64,000 nt of DNA from Octopus vulgaris (GCA_951406725.2 OX597824.1:22444001-22508000); one strand, 5' to 3'. Positions 50,446 through 62,575 are shown, counted from the stretch's first letter. The notes: generated by a model from the sequence alone, not told the origin. Translations and numbers: made by a program.

Positions 50446-50826
50446 CTAGCAGTATCACCCGGCGTTGCTCAGGTTTGTAAGGGAAATAACTATAAAGCAT
50501 TTTTAGAGAGTTATAGCCAAAAAATAGCAAAAAAATGGAAAAAAAATGATGGTAAATTTTTTTGAGAGTTAAAAAAGGTGGAGTTGCGTCCCCTAGACGA
50601 TCTGTGGTTTGGGTTTCTGATTCTCGACCCCATGTCGAATTTATCGATTTTTTTCAGAACTGGGGGAACTTTTCAAAATTTTCGCTGCGTTAGTTTTGAA
50701 TTATGACATTGGGCTATGTGTGTGTCAAGTTTCATCAGAATCGGTTGAAAGCCGTGGTCAGAGTGAGGGTACGAGAAAACAGACACACAGAAAACGCACA
50801 GACAAACTGCCGTTTATATAGAGAGA
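50446..50826 (-). mobile_element. Non-autonomous Helitron (same 3' end as 45276)
   Basis: CTAGCAGTATCACCCGGCGTTGCTC terminus and TC-type 5' end; another Helitron-like fragment directly upstream (~50175-50440). Confidence 0.8.
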
Positions 50827-50828
50827 TA

Positions 50829-51079
50829 TTGGGTTGGTGCATAATCATTGCAGCTTTTTTTCAACAAATTTTATTCAACAAAAACAATAGCAACATGTAG
50901 CAAAAGCATCTTTAAATGATTATTCTGGAGCATATTCACCATCTACTTCAATTACTGCTTCTCATTTGCTTGGCAGACGGTCAGACCATCATTTAAAGAT
51001 CTTTTTGTTAAATTTTGTTATTGTTTTTGTTGAATAAAATTTGTTGAAAAAAAGACACAATAATTATGCACCACCCCAA
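50829..51079. mobile_element. Mariner-derived MITE
   Basis: TA duplication; ~90-bp inverted arms beginning TTGGGTTGGTGCATAAT; centre encodes a transposase C-terminus DRLPSK*EAVIEVDGEYAPE* (minus). Confidence 0.85.
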
Positions 51080-51195
51080 TAGATTCCTAGATCTAGTATT
51101 ATGCGTGTGGATGCTAGGCGGATGAGATTGTCTAACTATAGTGGGAGAGTTTGAGGCTGTGATTCCCAATGTGGGGCACATGCCCCACCAGTGGA

Positions 51196-51262
51196 GCATG
51201 GTAATATTTTGGTGGGGCATGGTAATATTTTGGTGGGGCATGGTAATATTTTGGTGAGGCAT
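51196..51262. repeat. 21-bp minisatellite, 3 units
   Basis: GCATGGTAATATTTTGGTGGG repeated. Confidence 0.9.
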
Positions 51263-51504
51263 GTGTTTGGTTATGTTGAATTTTTATACCTTTTGTACAT
51301 GATGTTTAGAATACCAAAGGGGGCAATTTGAAAGGGAAAGGGGGCAATTGGGCAATTGGAGAATGAGTTATGAAAAAAAAATTTCTTTATATCTCTTCTG
51401 TGGACAATTTTATCAAATTTTGGACACTTTAGAGACAACAGGTCGTTTTCATTATATTCATAAAGATCTGAATATCACAAAAGAGGGGATAGATCATTTC
51501 CTTC

Positions 51505-51710
51505 GATTGGAGCACTGCATCCTTCAAGACTGCCATGCTTCCTGAGATTCGCCAACACTACACTTGATTTTCTCCCCTCCATACACACACAAGCATGTTC
51601 ACTTTCCAGACATTTCTACACTACTGCATGTACTTTATATGCACTTTCTGACAAGTTGTGGTGCACCTGAGCACTGTATACAATAATTTCATTATTATTA
51701 TTATTATTAG
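51505..51710 (+). mobile_element. CR1-type LINE 3' end
   Basis: Matches the reverse complement of 3348-3590; (ATT)n tail. Confidence 0.85.
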
Positions 51711-51750
51711 TGGTATGTGAAAACATGTAGATAATTACAAACACATATTA

Positions 51751-51782
<32 letters not shown>

Positions 51783-51854
51783 GTGTGCATGTAGTATAGA
51801 ACTGAAAACAATGCCATCTTAATTCCCTATGGAGAAATAAATTGGAGACAGACT

Positions 51855-52412
51855 TTTTTTTTTCTTAATTGTTAAATTAAGTTAATTGTTACGCGTGTAA
51901 AAAAAAAAACTAAAGCAATGGAAAATAATTTAAACAATTAACAAACAAAATAATTCTATAATTATACACACACTTTCTGTAAAACATGCTTTCCGTATAC
52001 GTACGGAAAGCGTGTGTATAAAATTATAGAATTATTTTGTTTGTTAATTGTTTAAATTATTTTCCATTGCTTTAGTTTTTGTTTTTACTCGCGTAACAAT
52101 TAAATTAATTTAACAATTAAAAAAAAAATTTAGGGTTAGGGTTAGGGTTAGGGGAGGTTTAGGGTTAGTGACAGGATGTTATCTCAGTTTTAGACGCAGC
52201 AAATGATTTTAGTTCAATGGAGGTAATCGATTGGTTAAAATTGCCGAAATGCTCGGATTTTCAGACGAAATATCTTACAAACTATAGAATTTTCTCAATA
52301 AAACCAAGAGAAAATGATGTTTTATAAACACATTCTAACAGTATACGAAGTTTAAAACTTTTTAGTTACCTAGAAATTATGTTACAAACTGCCGTTCAAA
52401 AGGAGAAGATCC
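51855..52412. mobile_element. GGATCT-family MITE right end preceded by a ~125-bp-arm hairpin and (TTAGGG)n
   Basis: Arms ~51855-51980 and ~52003-52128; TTAGGG repeats 52129-52168; end AAACTGCCGTTCAAAAGGAGAAGATCC. Confidence 0.75.
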
Positions 52413-53770
52413 AGTCCACTTCAATTCGTCTTAACTTTCAAGAAAATGGATATTTTTTAATGAAATTCTCTACGAATATACCCCGGACTATGTAGATTTC
52501 GAGGGCATATGGATTTGGGGGGTGGGGGTGAATTGGGGGCTATTTTTGAGAACTGTTCCCCACTCGCGGCTGTTTCTGAACAAGTCGTCCATATTTGTTT
52601 CATTTTCTCCGTTTTGTGCGTTTGTGTATCCGCAGATTTCTACTGAAGCAACAAGCAGTCAATTAAGGCAAATGAAGCCCTCACCAGAAAACTCGTTATG
52701 CTAAAAATAACAGCTAAAGTCTGGTACACGGAAACATGTTATTAAGACGACTTATCTGTTGCATACGAATTTTTGAAACTTTAAGTAAATTCCCAGGTAA
52801 ACGTTTCTAATGGACAGGCGGAAGACACCAGAAGCAAAAATAAGGAATATACACGCACAGTTAAATATATAAGTGTTTACACTTATATTTGTTACATAAT
52901 CTCTATAATAAACATGATATTGAATGGAATCATTTCCCGTTTGAACTTTTTTAATTACATGCGTGTGTGTGTTTGTGTGCGTGTGTGTGTGTGTATGTGT
53001 GTGCGTGTGTATGTGTGTACGTGTGTACATGTGAAACCTACAGACGACTTGTTCAGAGACACCCGCGAATTGGGAACAGTTCTCAGCTTGTGCGCGACGT
53101 GATTTGACTTGAGAGGAACTAGAACGAAGTAGGCCACATAGTCGTGGAGAGAGAGACAGACGGAGAGGACCGTTTCTGAACGTGTAATACATACATGCAC
53201 AGAATACCTTGTTTTATCTGTATAAACACATATATATAGTGGATTATATTGTGTATATTTTGAATAAGTTACACAAGAAATATGAAAGACCACCGTTGTT
53301 CTCTCCTTGTTTTATAATCCATCACGATCGTCGTTTATCTTCACTATCTTCATCCGATTTCTCGCCTTATTCCTCATGATTACATTGCCTACCACGTTGA
53401 TGACTCTTCTTCGGGTGTCATGTACCTTGTTCAAGACAAAAAGAAAACCGCTTTAAACATTAAAACACCACCAGAAATTATGGACAACGTTAAACGGTTT
53501 GTTTTTATCCATGTGTTTATTCAACAGTTTGTTTTTAGCTATATACTTGTAAGCAACCAGTCTGGATCACCAGGTGCCAGGAACATTTATAAAGTAAGCC
53601 CTTGTGTATCAAATGTAAGTATTACCCAAGGTTTATTATTATAATATTTTACCATGTTTTACGAATGCATTTTCGGTTTACCACATTTTCATTTCGAAAT
53701 AAGAGACACACACGCAAATATATATTTACATGTTCTTACTGACTTCTCTTGTCTTCCCATTTCCTTATTC

Positions 53771-55760
53771 GGCAATTTTTCTGAGTAACACCCGCATGAT
53801 TTTCACTTAGAAAGAAAGAAAAAAAATCTCGGACTTTTTGCGGGGTATCAAGTACCCTGACCTCCTATTGCCATTTTGGCAAATCCCTTATTTTGGTTCG
53901 GGAGAAGTGGTGGTGGTGGTGGTGGGGGCACACGGTCTCGGGTTCATTGGAATATTTTTTTTTGTTTTTTTTTCGTTGAATGAATTCCTGTGACATCCTA
54001 CCTAATATGCTATAAAACCCTTTTTGGTGTCCGAAAAACGGAGTGCGGTGAGGTGGAAGCCTCAGAAATTTCACCCACCCCTACCCCCGGCAATTTTTCA
54101 GAGTAACACCCGCATGATTTTCACTAAGAAAGAAAGAAAAAAAAAAAGAAAAAAGAAAAAAAAATCTCGGACTTTTTGCGGGGTATCAAGTACCCTGACC
54201 TCCTAATATGCTGCAAATCCCTTATTTTGGTTCGGGAGAAGTGGTGGTGGTGGTGGCTGGGGGGCACACGGTCCCGGGTTCATTGGAATTTTTTTTTGTT
54301 TTTTTTTCGTTGAATGAATTCCTGTGACATCCTAATATGCTATAAAACCCTTTTTGGTGTCCGAAAAACGGAGTGCGGTGAGGTGGAAGCCTCAGAAATT
54401 TCACCCACCCCTACCCCCGGCAATTTTTCAGAGTAACACCCGCATGATTTTCACTAAGAAAGAAAGAAAAAGAAAAAAGAAAAAAAAATCTCGGACTTTT
54501 TGCGGGGTATCAAGTACCCTGACCTCCTAATATGCTGCAAATTCCTTATTTTGGTTCGGGAGAAGTGGTGGTGGTGATGGGTGGGGGGCACACGGTCCCG
54601 GGTTCATTGGAATTTTTTTTTGTGTTTTTTTTTCGTTGAATGAATTCCTGTGACATCCTAATATGCTATAAAACCCTTTTTGGGGGTCCGAAAAACGGAG
54701 TGCGGTGAGGTGGAAGCCTCAGAAATTTCACACACCCCTGCCATCATTGGATCTTTTCACCTGCACGATTTTCACTAGGGAAAAAAAAAAGGTTAATATC
54801 TAGATCCGCACCCGGTGGGAAAAATGAGATCCGCACCCGGTGGGAAAAATGGAAACGAAAATGTGTAACAGTTGTAAGGCATCGTATATTGACGGAATAA
54901 GACGGGAAAAAAGCGCGCTGACAAACGGGGGGGGGGGGGGCTCGGGAAATTCCCAGGATCAACCGTAGAGGATCCACGCCCAGGTGGCAAAAATGGAAAG
55001 AAATATGTGTAACAGGTGTAAGGCATCGTATATTGAAGGAATATGACGAAAAAAAGCGCGCTGACAAACGGGGGGGGGGGGGCTCGGAAAATTGCCTACG
55101 ATTTAAAGAAAAATTTACCATCAATTTTCAGCATTTTAAACGCATTTCACACACATAGCCCAATGTCATAATTCAAAACTAACGCAGCGAAAATTTTGAA
55201 AAGTTCCCCCAGTTCTGAAAAAAATCGATAAATTCGACATGGGGTCGCGAATCAGAAACACAATGGTGAAAATTGATGGTAAATTTTTCTTTAAATCGTA
55301 GGCAATTTTCCGAGCCCCCTCCCCCCTGTTTGTCAGCGCGCTTTTTTTCGTCATATTCCTTCAATATACGATGCCTTACACCTGTTACACATATTTTTTT
55401 CCATTTTTGCCTCTACGGTTGATCCTGGGAATTTCCCGAGCCCCCCCCCCCCGTTTGTCAGCGCGCTTTTTTCCCGTCTTATTCCGTCAATATACGATGC
55501 CTTACAACTGTTACACATTTTCGTTTCCATTTTTCCCACTGGGTGCGGATCTCATTTTTCCCACCGGGTGCGGATCTAGATATTAACCAAAAAAGAAAAT
55601 TCCAATGAATCCGCGACGGATTTCCCTAACCCTGAAAACATCAATGGGGGGTGTGGATGGGTGAAATTTCGGTTCCGAGTTTCCGAGGCTTCCACTTCAC
55701 CCCATTCCGTTTTTCGGACCCCAAAAAGGGTTTTGCAGTATATTAGGATGTCACAGGGGT
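53771..55760. mobile_element. Foldback-like element: three ~320-bp tandem units plus long inverted arms
   Basis: Units ~53771-54088, ~54089-54418 and ~54419-54740; inverted arms ~54791-55130 and ~55267-55588; 55655-55760 is an inverted partial unit. Confidence 0.8.
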
Positions 55761-55831
55761 TTGAAAAATTACTTTTTAAACTTAATATTTTTGTCACGTG
55801 CGTGACAAAGTAGCACAAGTTGTCAATCTCC

Positions 55832-56033
55832 CTCTTTTACTTGTTTCAGTCATTTGACTGCGGCCATGCTGGAGCACCGCCTTTTAATCGAGCAAATCTA
55901 CCCCAGGAGTTATTCTTTGTAAGCCTAGTACTTATTCTATCGGTGTCTTTTGCCAAACCACTTAGTTACGGGGACGTAAACACACCAGCATCGGTTGTCA
56001 AGCGATGCTGGAGGGACAAACACAGACACACAA

Positions 56034-56072
<39 letters not shown>

Positions 56073-56230
56073 CGACGGGCTTCTTTCAGTTTCCGTCTAC
56101 CAAATCCACTTCACAATTCTTTGGGCGGCCTGAGGCTATAGTAGAAGACACTTGCCCACGTAGTGTGACTGAACCCAGAACCATGTGGTTGGTAAGCAAG
56201 CTGTTTACCACACAGCCATTCCTGCGCCTA
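55832..56230 (-). mobile_element. SINE family A
   Basis: Antisense match to the family consensus. Confidence 0.9.
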
Positions 56231-56244
56231 TAAATAAATAAATA

Positions 56245-56445
56245 TTCTTTTCTCCTCTAGGCACAAGGTCCGAGATTTTGGGGGAGGTGGCCTGTCGATT
56301 AAGATCGACACCAGTACGTAATTGGTACTTAATTTATCGACCCCGAAAGGATGAAAGGCAAAGTCGTCCTCGGCGGAATTTGAACTCAGAACGTAGCGGC
56401 ACTAAGCATTTCGCCCGGCGTGCTAACGTTTCTACCAGCTCGCCT
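56245..56445 (-). mobile_element. SINE family B (alternative tail)
   Basis: Head and central domain, then CCTTGTGCCTAGAGGAGAAAAGAATA tail. Confidence 0.8.
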
Positions 56446-56826
56446 TTTTTTTTATTCATATAAATATATCTTATTTAGTCGGTAATTTTCTTTCATGTAA
56501 ATAAATGTTTATGTTAATTTTAAAGAGAAAAACATGAACGTGTCTGTGGCTTACGATTGACTACAATTACCAAAATTCACAAACTTTAATTACTAAATAA
56601 CCCTTTATTTATTGATTTATAGCGAAAATTACTCTCGGAAAGACTTCCTTCCACCCTCCCCCATTTTCTCCAATTTTTTTTTATAACCACCGTTTTCGGA
56701 TACGGAGATTCCGGAAAATTGCCGAAAATCAGCATATTGAAACGTGGCCGCCCCCCTCCCCCCCCCAATTTTTTCATTTTTCACTTTTTTCCGTAACCCT
56801 AACCTAACCCTAAAACCCTAAAACCC

Positions 56827-57013
56827 GGCGATCCTTCGGTATAAGTACCGTAAGTGGGTTTGTTTACATTTCTGAAGATAACAGAAACCCTTTTTTTCCC
56901 ACCCCTAACCCTAACTCTAACACAAACTCTAAAACCCTAACTCTATATATAAAAAATAAAACACTTTCTTGAAATGTATCCGATACTTCCGGTACTTATA
57001 CCGAAGTTACGCC
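56827..57013. mobile_element. MITE with GGCGATC-type TIRs
   Basis: GGCGATCCTTCGGTATAAGTACCG / CGGTACTTATACCGAAGTTACGCC. Confidence 0.7.
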
Positions 57014-57015
57014 CC

Positions 57016-57892
57016 GGCTAAATTACAGTATGAGTATACCATAGTTGTGAAACTATGGTGCACGTGATTTTGTTTATGTTTGTAATGAAGATCGTCGCTT
57101 TCCGTAAAATCAAAAAAATTTTTTTTATATATGTGGGGTGAAGGGGGGGGGGTATTTTTTCAAGTCGGCGTAAAAGCGAAATCGACAGAGAGAGAGCGCG
57201 ATTGGTTCGGGGAAGTTCTTTTGAACTTGGCGTGCCGTCCGTCTGTGTGTGGGTGTGTGTACGCGTGTGTCTGTGTGTGTACGTGTGTGTCTGTGTGTGT
57301 ATGTGTTTGTGTGTGTGTGCGTCACTGAAGCCATACATGCATGCATGCATGCATACATACATACATACATACATACATACATACATACATACATGCATGC
57401 ATGCATACATACATACATACATCATGCATGCATGCATGCATGCATGTATGTATACATACATACATACAATCATACATACATACAATCATACATACATCAT
57501 ACATACATACATACATACATCATACATACATACATACATCATACATACATACATACATACATCATATATACATACATACATACATCATACATACATACAT
57601 CATACATACATACATCATACATACATACATACATACATACATCATACATACATACATACATACATACGTAAATACATACATACATACATACATACATACA
57701 TACATACATACATACATACATACATCAAATACATACATACATACATACATACATACATACATACATACATACATACATGTATGCATGCATGCATGCATGC
57801 ATGCATGTAAAAACCGACGATCATTTTCACAAATGTAAATAAACACACGTGGTTTATAAGTGACAGTGGTGTAACTAGTATCGTAAGATCGC
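57016..57892. mobile_element. MITE with diverged GGCGATC-type TIRs containing a (CATA)n tract
   Basis: Right end TAACTAGTATCGTAAGATCGCC; subterminal CACGTG..GATCGTCG mirrored at both ends; (CATA)n 57335-57805. Confidence 0.55.
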
Positions 57893-57904
57893 CCCCTAAC
57901 CCTA

Positions 57905-58295
57905 ACGGCAGTTTTTTCTAGCGGTATCATATGAAATTGTCACCCATAATTATGACCCTAGTATCGATCTATTGCATTTCAATCTGTTTTAGGGTTAGGG
58001 GTGTGGTGTGGGGGGGAGGGTATCTTTTTTTCTTCACAAATGTAAATAAACCCAATCTGTTTCTTAAACGAGGGACATATTCATACGGCACAGAATGTTT
58101 TTTTTTACCTCAATAGACGTCAGTGATTGGTTGAAATTGCAGAAATTGAAGGAAAAAAACAACAAATATCTTAGAATTTTCTCAGCCAAGAGAAAAAGAT
58201 GTTTTATAAACACATTCTACCAGTATACGAAGTTTAAAATTTTTTTAGTTATATAGAAATTATGTTAAAAACTGCCGTTCAAACCGAAAAGATCC
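57905..58295 (+). mobile_element. GGATCT-family MITE, left end truncated
   Basis: Colinear with 60915-61312. Confidence 0.85.
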
Positions 58296-58489
58296 AGAGT
58301 GGATTAGAGTTAGATTTAATGTAAAATTCATGTGAATGAGACTTAAAGATTTCGATGTCGTGAGTTTGTTTTAAGAATGACATTATGCGGTAGGCGTGAA
58401 AGGCTGGGTCTGACTAGTTTGAGCATAAAATAGATGGAATATTTGAACCAAATATGGCCAGTTTAAATACTAAAGAGTGCTGCAGTCTT

Positions 58490-59322
58490 TGCTAATGTTA
58501 AGGATGGACATATATGGGTATATGGAAGACTAGAATGAAAGTTGTAAAGACAGGCACCATGATCTCTGGCTCCGCCTTGGTGAACTTTTTAAAGTTCCAC
58601 CTAAAAAGAAAGGTGGAGCTGGAGAAAAGGTGTCTGTCAGTGCGTGAGTTCGAAAAAAGATGGAAGCGTGTGGCACGATTGCTGCGATTGAAAGTGGTCA
58701 CATGAGCAGGCTATGAGTTAGCTGCCGAATTTCAGTGGGAAAAAACAGGGCTCGTGGGGTCAGCAATCCTGGTGTTCCCACTTCATATGTCATTTTATGT
58801 TGGGTTGTAAAATTGTGTATCATCCGATTTCTTCGATTTTGTGTAAATTTTAAAGGTCATTTTTGTGTAATCTCCATTCGTTTCTCATGACCCCAAATCA
58901 TGATGGGCGATCTTTCGTCTCTAGTAGACCTTTCCGTCGATTTCCGTAAAAAACTTCTTTTTTTTTTTTACATATGGGCTTGCGGAAGAGACTAAGAGAA
59001 AGCGTCCTCTTCCACACATTACTCTGTCTCTTCACACATACTAACAGAAGCACTTCACTTACACAACATACTTTCTGTCTCTCACACCCCATCAAACACA
59101 CACACATGTACATCAATGCTTCAAAAGAACTTCCCTCGTCATACAATCGCTTTGTCTTAGTCTCTTTCGCTCTCATTACTTCAAAAGTTCCCGCAAGCCC
59201 ATATGTAAAAAAAAAAAGAAGTTTTTTACGGAAATCGACGGAAAGGTCTACTAGAGACGAAAGATCACCACATGATGTATTGTCCAACTCTATGTTGGCC
59301 CCTTGCGGGCAATAAAGAAATA
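58490..59322 (+). mobile_element. Tx1/L1-like LINE 3' end (ORF2 C-terminus + 3'UTR), interrupted by a MITE
   Basis: IWKTRMK...LVNFLKFHLKRKVELEKRCLSVREFEKRW resembles Tx1 ORF2 termini; tail GGCCCCTTGCGGGCAATAAAGAAATA. Confidence 0.6.
58906..59269. mobile_element. MITE with ~80-bp TIRs and 7-8-bp TSD (Merlin-like)
   Basis: GGCGATCTTTCGTCTCTAGTAGACCTTTCCG... mirrored; flanks TCATGATG and ACATGATG. Confidence 0.85.
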
Positions 59323-60073
59323 ATTCACTGGGAGAGTTGTTGAGTTCGAGTGAAGCTTAACGTTTGGACTGATTGCGAGACCTCACGTTGAATGTTGCTT
59401 GTGTTTTTAAGGGAATAGAGAGATAATATTTTCTTGATATGTGCAGTGGTTGCAATTCTTTAATAAATAAAACAAGACTGACATGATTCAGAGGATATTT
59501 TGAGATATCTGCACTACAGAACCTGCGTGGGGGTCGTATGTAACTGATGCAATAGGTGTGGTATCATCTCTCTTAGAGTGAGTGTTAATGGACGTGATTA
59601 CAAGCAGGATGTTGTTGTAAACCACAGCTTAAATCACAATTGTGAAAGAGGGGAGCCAAACGAGTGTGGGTCAATGTTCTGAAAGAGTGTGGGAAGAGTT
59701 CTATCCGCAATCGTAGCGGTTGTGCACTCAGACAGTAAGCCAATCCCAGAGTTGAGATAAGTTAGTAATCTCTGTTGATACCAAACGCTACAAACGTGTC
59801 TTTTCTTTAAATTTCTCGAGTGCGAGAGCCCAGCGGTGAGTGGCATGAGAAAGTAGTTATCCAGTAAAATTGTTCTGTTGGTCATTGAAGAGATTCTTCA
59901 CAAAATCTGGGTTGTATAACCACGGTGATGCGATCCAGGCATGTCCTATCGTGGGTGTAGGTTTGGGAGATGTTGTACGGAAGATCATCTGATACCCACG
60001 CAGACGGTCTCCTCTCTCCGCGTCAATGATGTTACCCAAGAGGAGGTCAGGCGTCCGCAGCAGTTTTGATATC

Positions 60074-60683
60074 CATTTCTTTATTGCCCACAAGGGGGGG
60101 GGGCTAAACATAGACGAGACAAACAAGGACAGACAAAAGGATTAAGTCGATTACACCGACCCCAGTGCGTAACTGGTACGTATTTAATCGACCCCGAAAG
60201 GATGAAAGGCAAAGTAGACCTCGGCGGAATTTGAACTCAGAACGTAGCGGCAAACGAAATACCTATTTCTTTACTGCCCACAAGGGGCTAAACACAGAGA
60301 GGACAAGCAAGGACAAACAAACCGATTAAGACGATTACATCGACCCTAGTGCGTAACTGGTACTTAATTTATCGACTCCGAAAGGATGAAAGGCAAAGTC
60401 GACCTCGGCGGAATTTGAACTCAGAACTTAGCGGCAGACGAAATACCTATTTATTTACTGCCCCACAAGGGGCTAAACACAGAGAGGACAAGCAAGGACA
60501 AACAAACGGATTAAGACGATTACATCGACCCCAGTGCGTAACTGGTACTCAATTTATCGACCCCGAAAGGATGAAAGGCAAAGTCGACCTCGGCGGAATT
60601 TGAACACAGAACGTAGCGGCTGACGAAATACGGCTACGCATTTCGCCCGGTGTGCTAATGACTCTATCAGTTCGCTGCCCTTA
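60074..60683 (-). mobile_element. SINE family B tandem trimer
   Basis: One head and three bodies joined at AAATAG|GTATTTCG. Confidence 0.9.
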
Positions 60684-60895
60684 ATATCAGTGACGTCGAA
60701 GAAGTTGCCAGAACGAAGTTGGGGACAACATTTGGCACTAGAGATATCGGATCCTATGTTGCTCATGCCTTTCCCAAGCACTCACCCGAACCAATAAATA
60801 AATTTCAATGCAGTAATTCTACCTGCTAGACGTAGTTACCAGATCTTCAAAAGTAATTGGGACAAGCATATGGGAGTTTGTGGTGATCATGCATT

Positions 60896-61312
60896 GGATC
60901 TTGTCGGTTTGAACGGCAGTTTTTCTAGCGGTGTCATATGAAATTGTCACCCATAGATCTATTGCATTTCAATCTGTTTTAGGGTTAGGGTTGGTTAGAG
61001 TTAAAGGTGGGGGGAAGGGTATCCTTTTTTCTTCAGAAATGTAAATAAACCCAATCTGTTTCTTAAACGAGGGACATATTCATACGGCACAGAATGTCTT
61101 TTTTTTTTTACCTCAATAGACGTCAGTGATTGGTTGTAATTTCAGAAATTGCAGAAAAAAAGCAACAAATATCTTACAAACTATAGAATTTTCTCAATAA
61201 AGCCAAGAGAAAAATATGTTTTATAAACACATTCTACCAGTATACGAAGTTTAAAAGTGTTTAGTTACGTGGAAATTATTTTTAAAAACTGCCGGTCAAA
61301 CCGAAAAGATCC
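60896..61312 (+). mobile_element. Complete GGATCT-TIR MITE
   Basis: GGATCTTGTCGGTTTGAACGGCAGTTTTT / AAAAACTGCCGGTCAAACCGAAAAGATCC; ATT on both sides. Confidence 0.9.
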
Positions 61313-61440
61313 ATTCTACCTACTAGATGTAGTTACCAGATCTTCAAAAGTAATTGGGACAGGCATATGGGAGTTTGTGGTGATCATGCATTTTTCAAGG
61401 ATTTTAGCAAGTTAAGTGAAATATATAGCTAAGTAAGAAC

Positions 61441-61679
61441 CAGTGGTTCTCAACTGGGTTCCATATAAGATTTCGTTGTTAAAATTTATCTGCAGTAAAT
61501 TGATAATACCGCTACAACACACAAAATATTCTAACAATTTTTTAATACAATTCTTTATAATATTTAATTATAAAAATATAATTGGATTTTTTAAAAAACA
61601 TCAAATGACCATGAGGGTCCATCTGAGTAAATTAGGAACCAAAGGGGGCGCACAGGCCAGAAATGGTTGTGAATTACTG
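61441..61679. mobile_element. hAT-like MITE
   Basis: CAGTGGTTCTCAAC / GTTGTGAATTACTG termini; TSD not clear. Confidence 0.6.
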
Positions 61680-62575
61680 CTTAGACTAAGAATCGAAACT
61701 GAACTGGTGATCTGCTTCGCCGAAAGTTTATTTACTTGCTTGTTGTTTTTGCTGTTGTGGAGATCTAATCCAGCCTTGATTGAGTAAAAATGTCCCAATC
61801 GTGACCACCATGTCATATTCAGGAGCTATATGTTTCAATAGATTTTTTTTTTTTTTGCTATAAGAGGCTAGCTTATATTTTAAGAGAGGTTTAACTGCTA
61901 TTTTTAGCAAGTCGAACGACTACGTGAGAAGCTCGCTTCCTGTATTGTCGCTTCGTTTAGCCCTCGGTCTGTCATCCCTGAGTAGATCGAAGATGAAAGC
62001 TTTTTTTGTTTTTGTAGATCGATGTTCTTCGTATACAGATGACAGATGATTGACAAAACCTCTGCGTGCACGCACTCACTCACAGTCACTCACGCACGCA
62101 ATACAAGGGTAATGCTTTCATCACAAATGGGATGGTTTAACCTGGTTTTAATATATCCATTACATTAATATTATTTCTTCGTAATCCCAACACTCACGTG
62201 AACTTTCTCTGCCTCATCGACACAAGTACCCTCTGTCTCCCGCCCTTCATCCCGTTTCACCCCAACTGCCATACATTCGCTCTTGTAAATACTAGCCTCG
62301 CTTGTCACTTAGAACCTGCGAACTTCAAACTTCGCCCAAACAGTCACAGCATCCGCCCTCCTTGCATCTCTTTACGCGTGTACCCCTCTCTCCATCCTCG
62401 TCCGTCTCTGATATTATCATGTATCTCTATTATCATACGACGTGACCTTCACGTTTTATTCTTTCCGCTTGACCTCTTTTTCCCTCTACATTTACAGGCT
62501 AGGGAACGGAGCTGCAGAGGGTGTAAACGCTCCTTCACACTAAAATTTTTTGCGGGAGCAATATTTCGAACATCC

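Noticed and set aside
52129-52168. Telomere or chromosome-fusion site
   Set aside because: Only a few TTAGGG units, embedded in dispersed transposon families
53771-54740. Regularly spaced repeats resembling a CRISPR array
   Set aside because: Whole ~320-bp units repeat with no unique spacers; eukaryotic context and no cas genes
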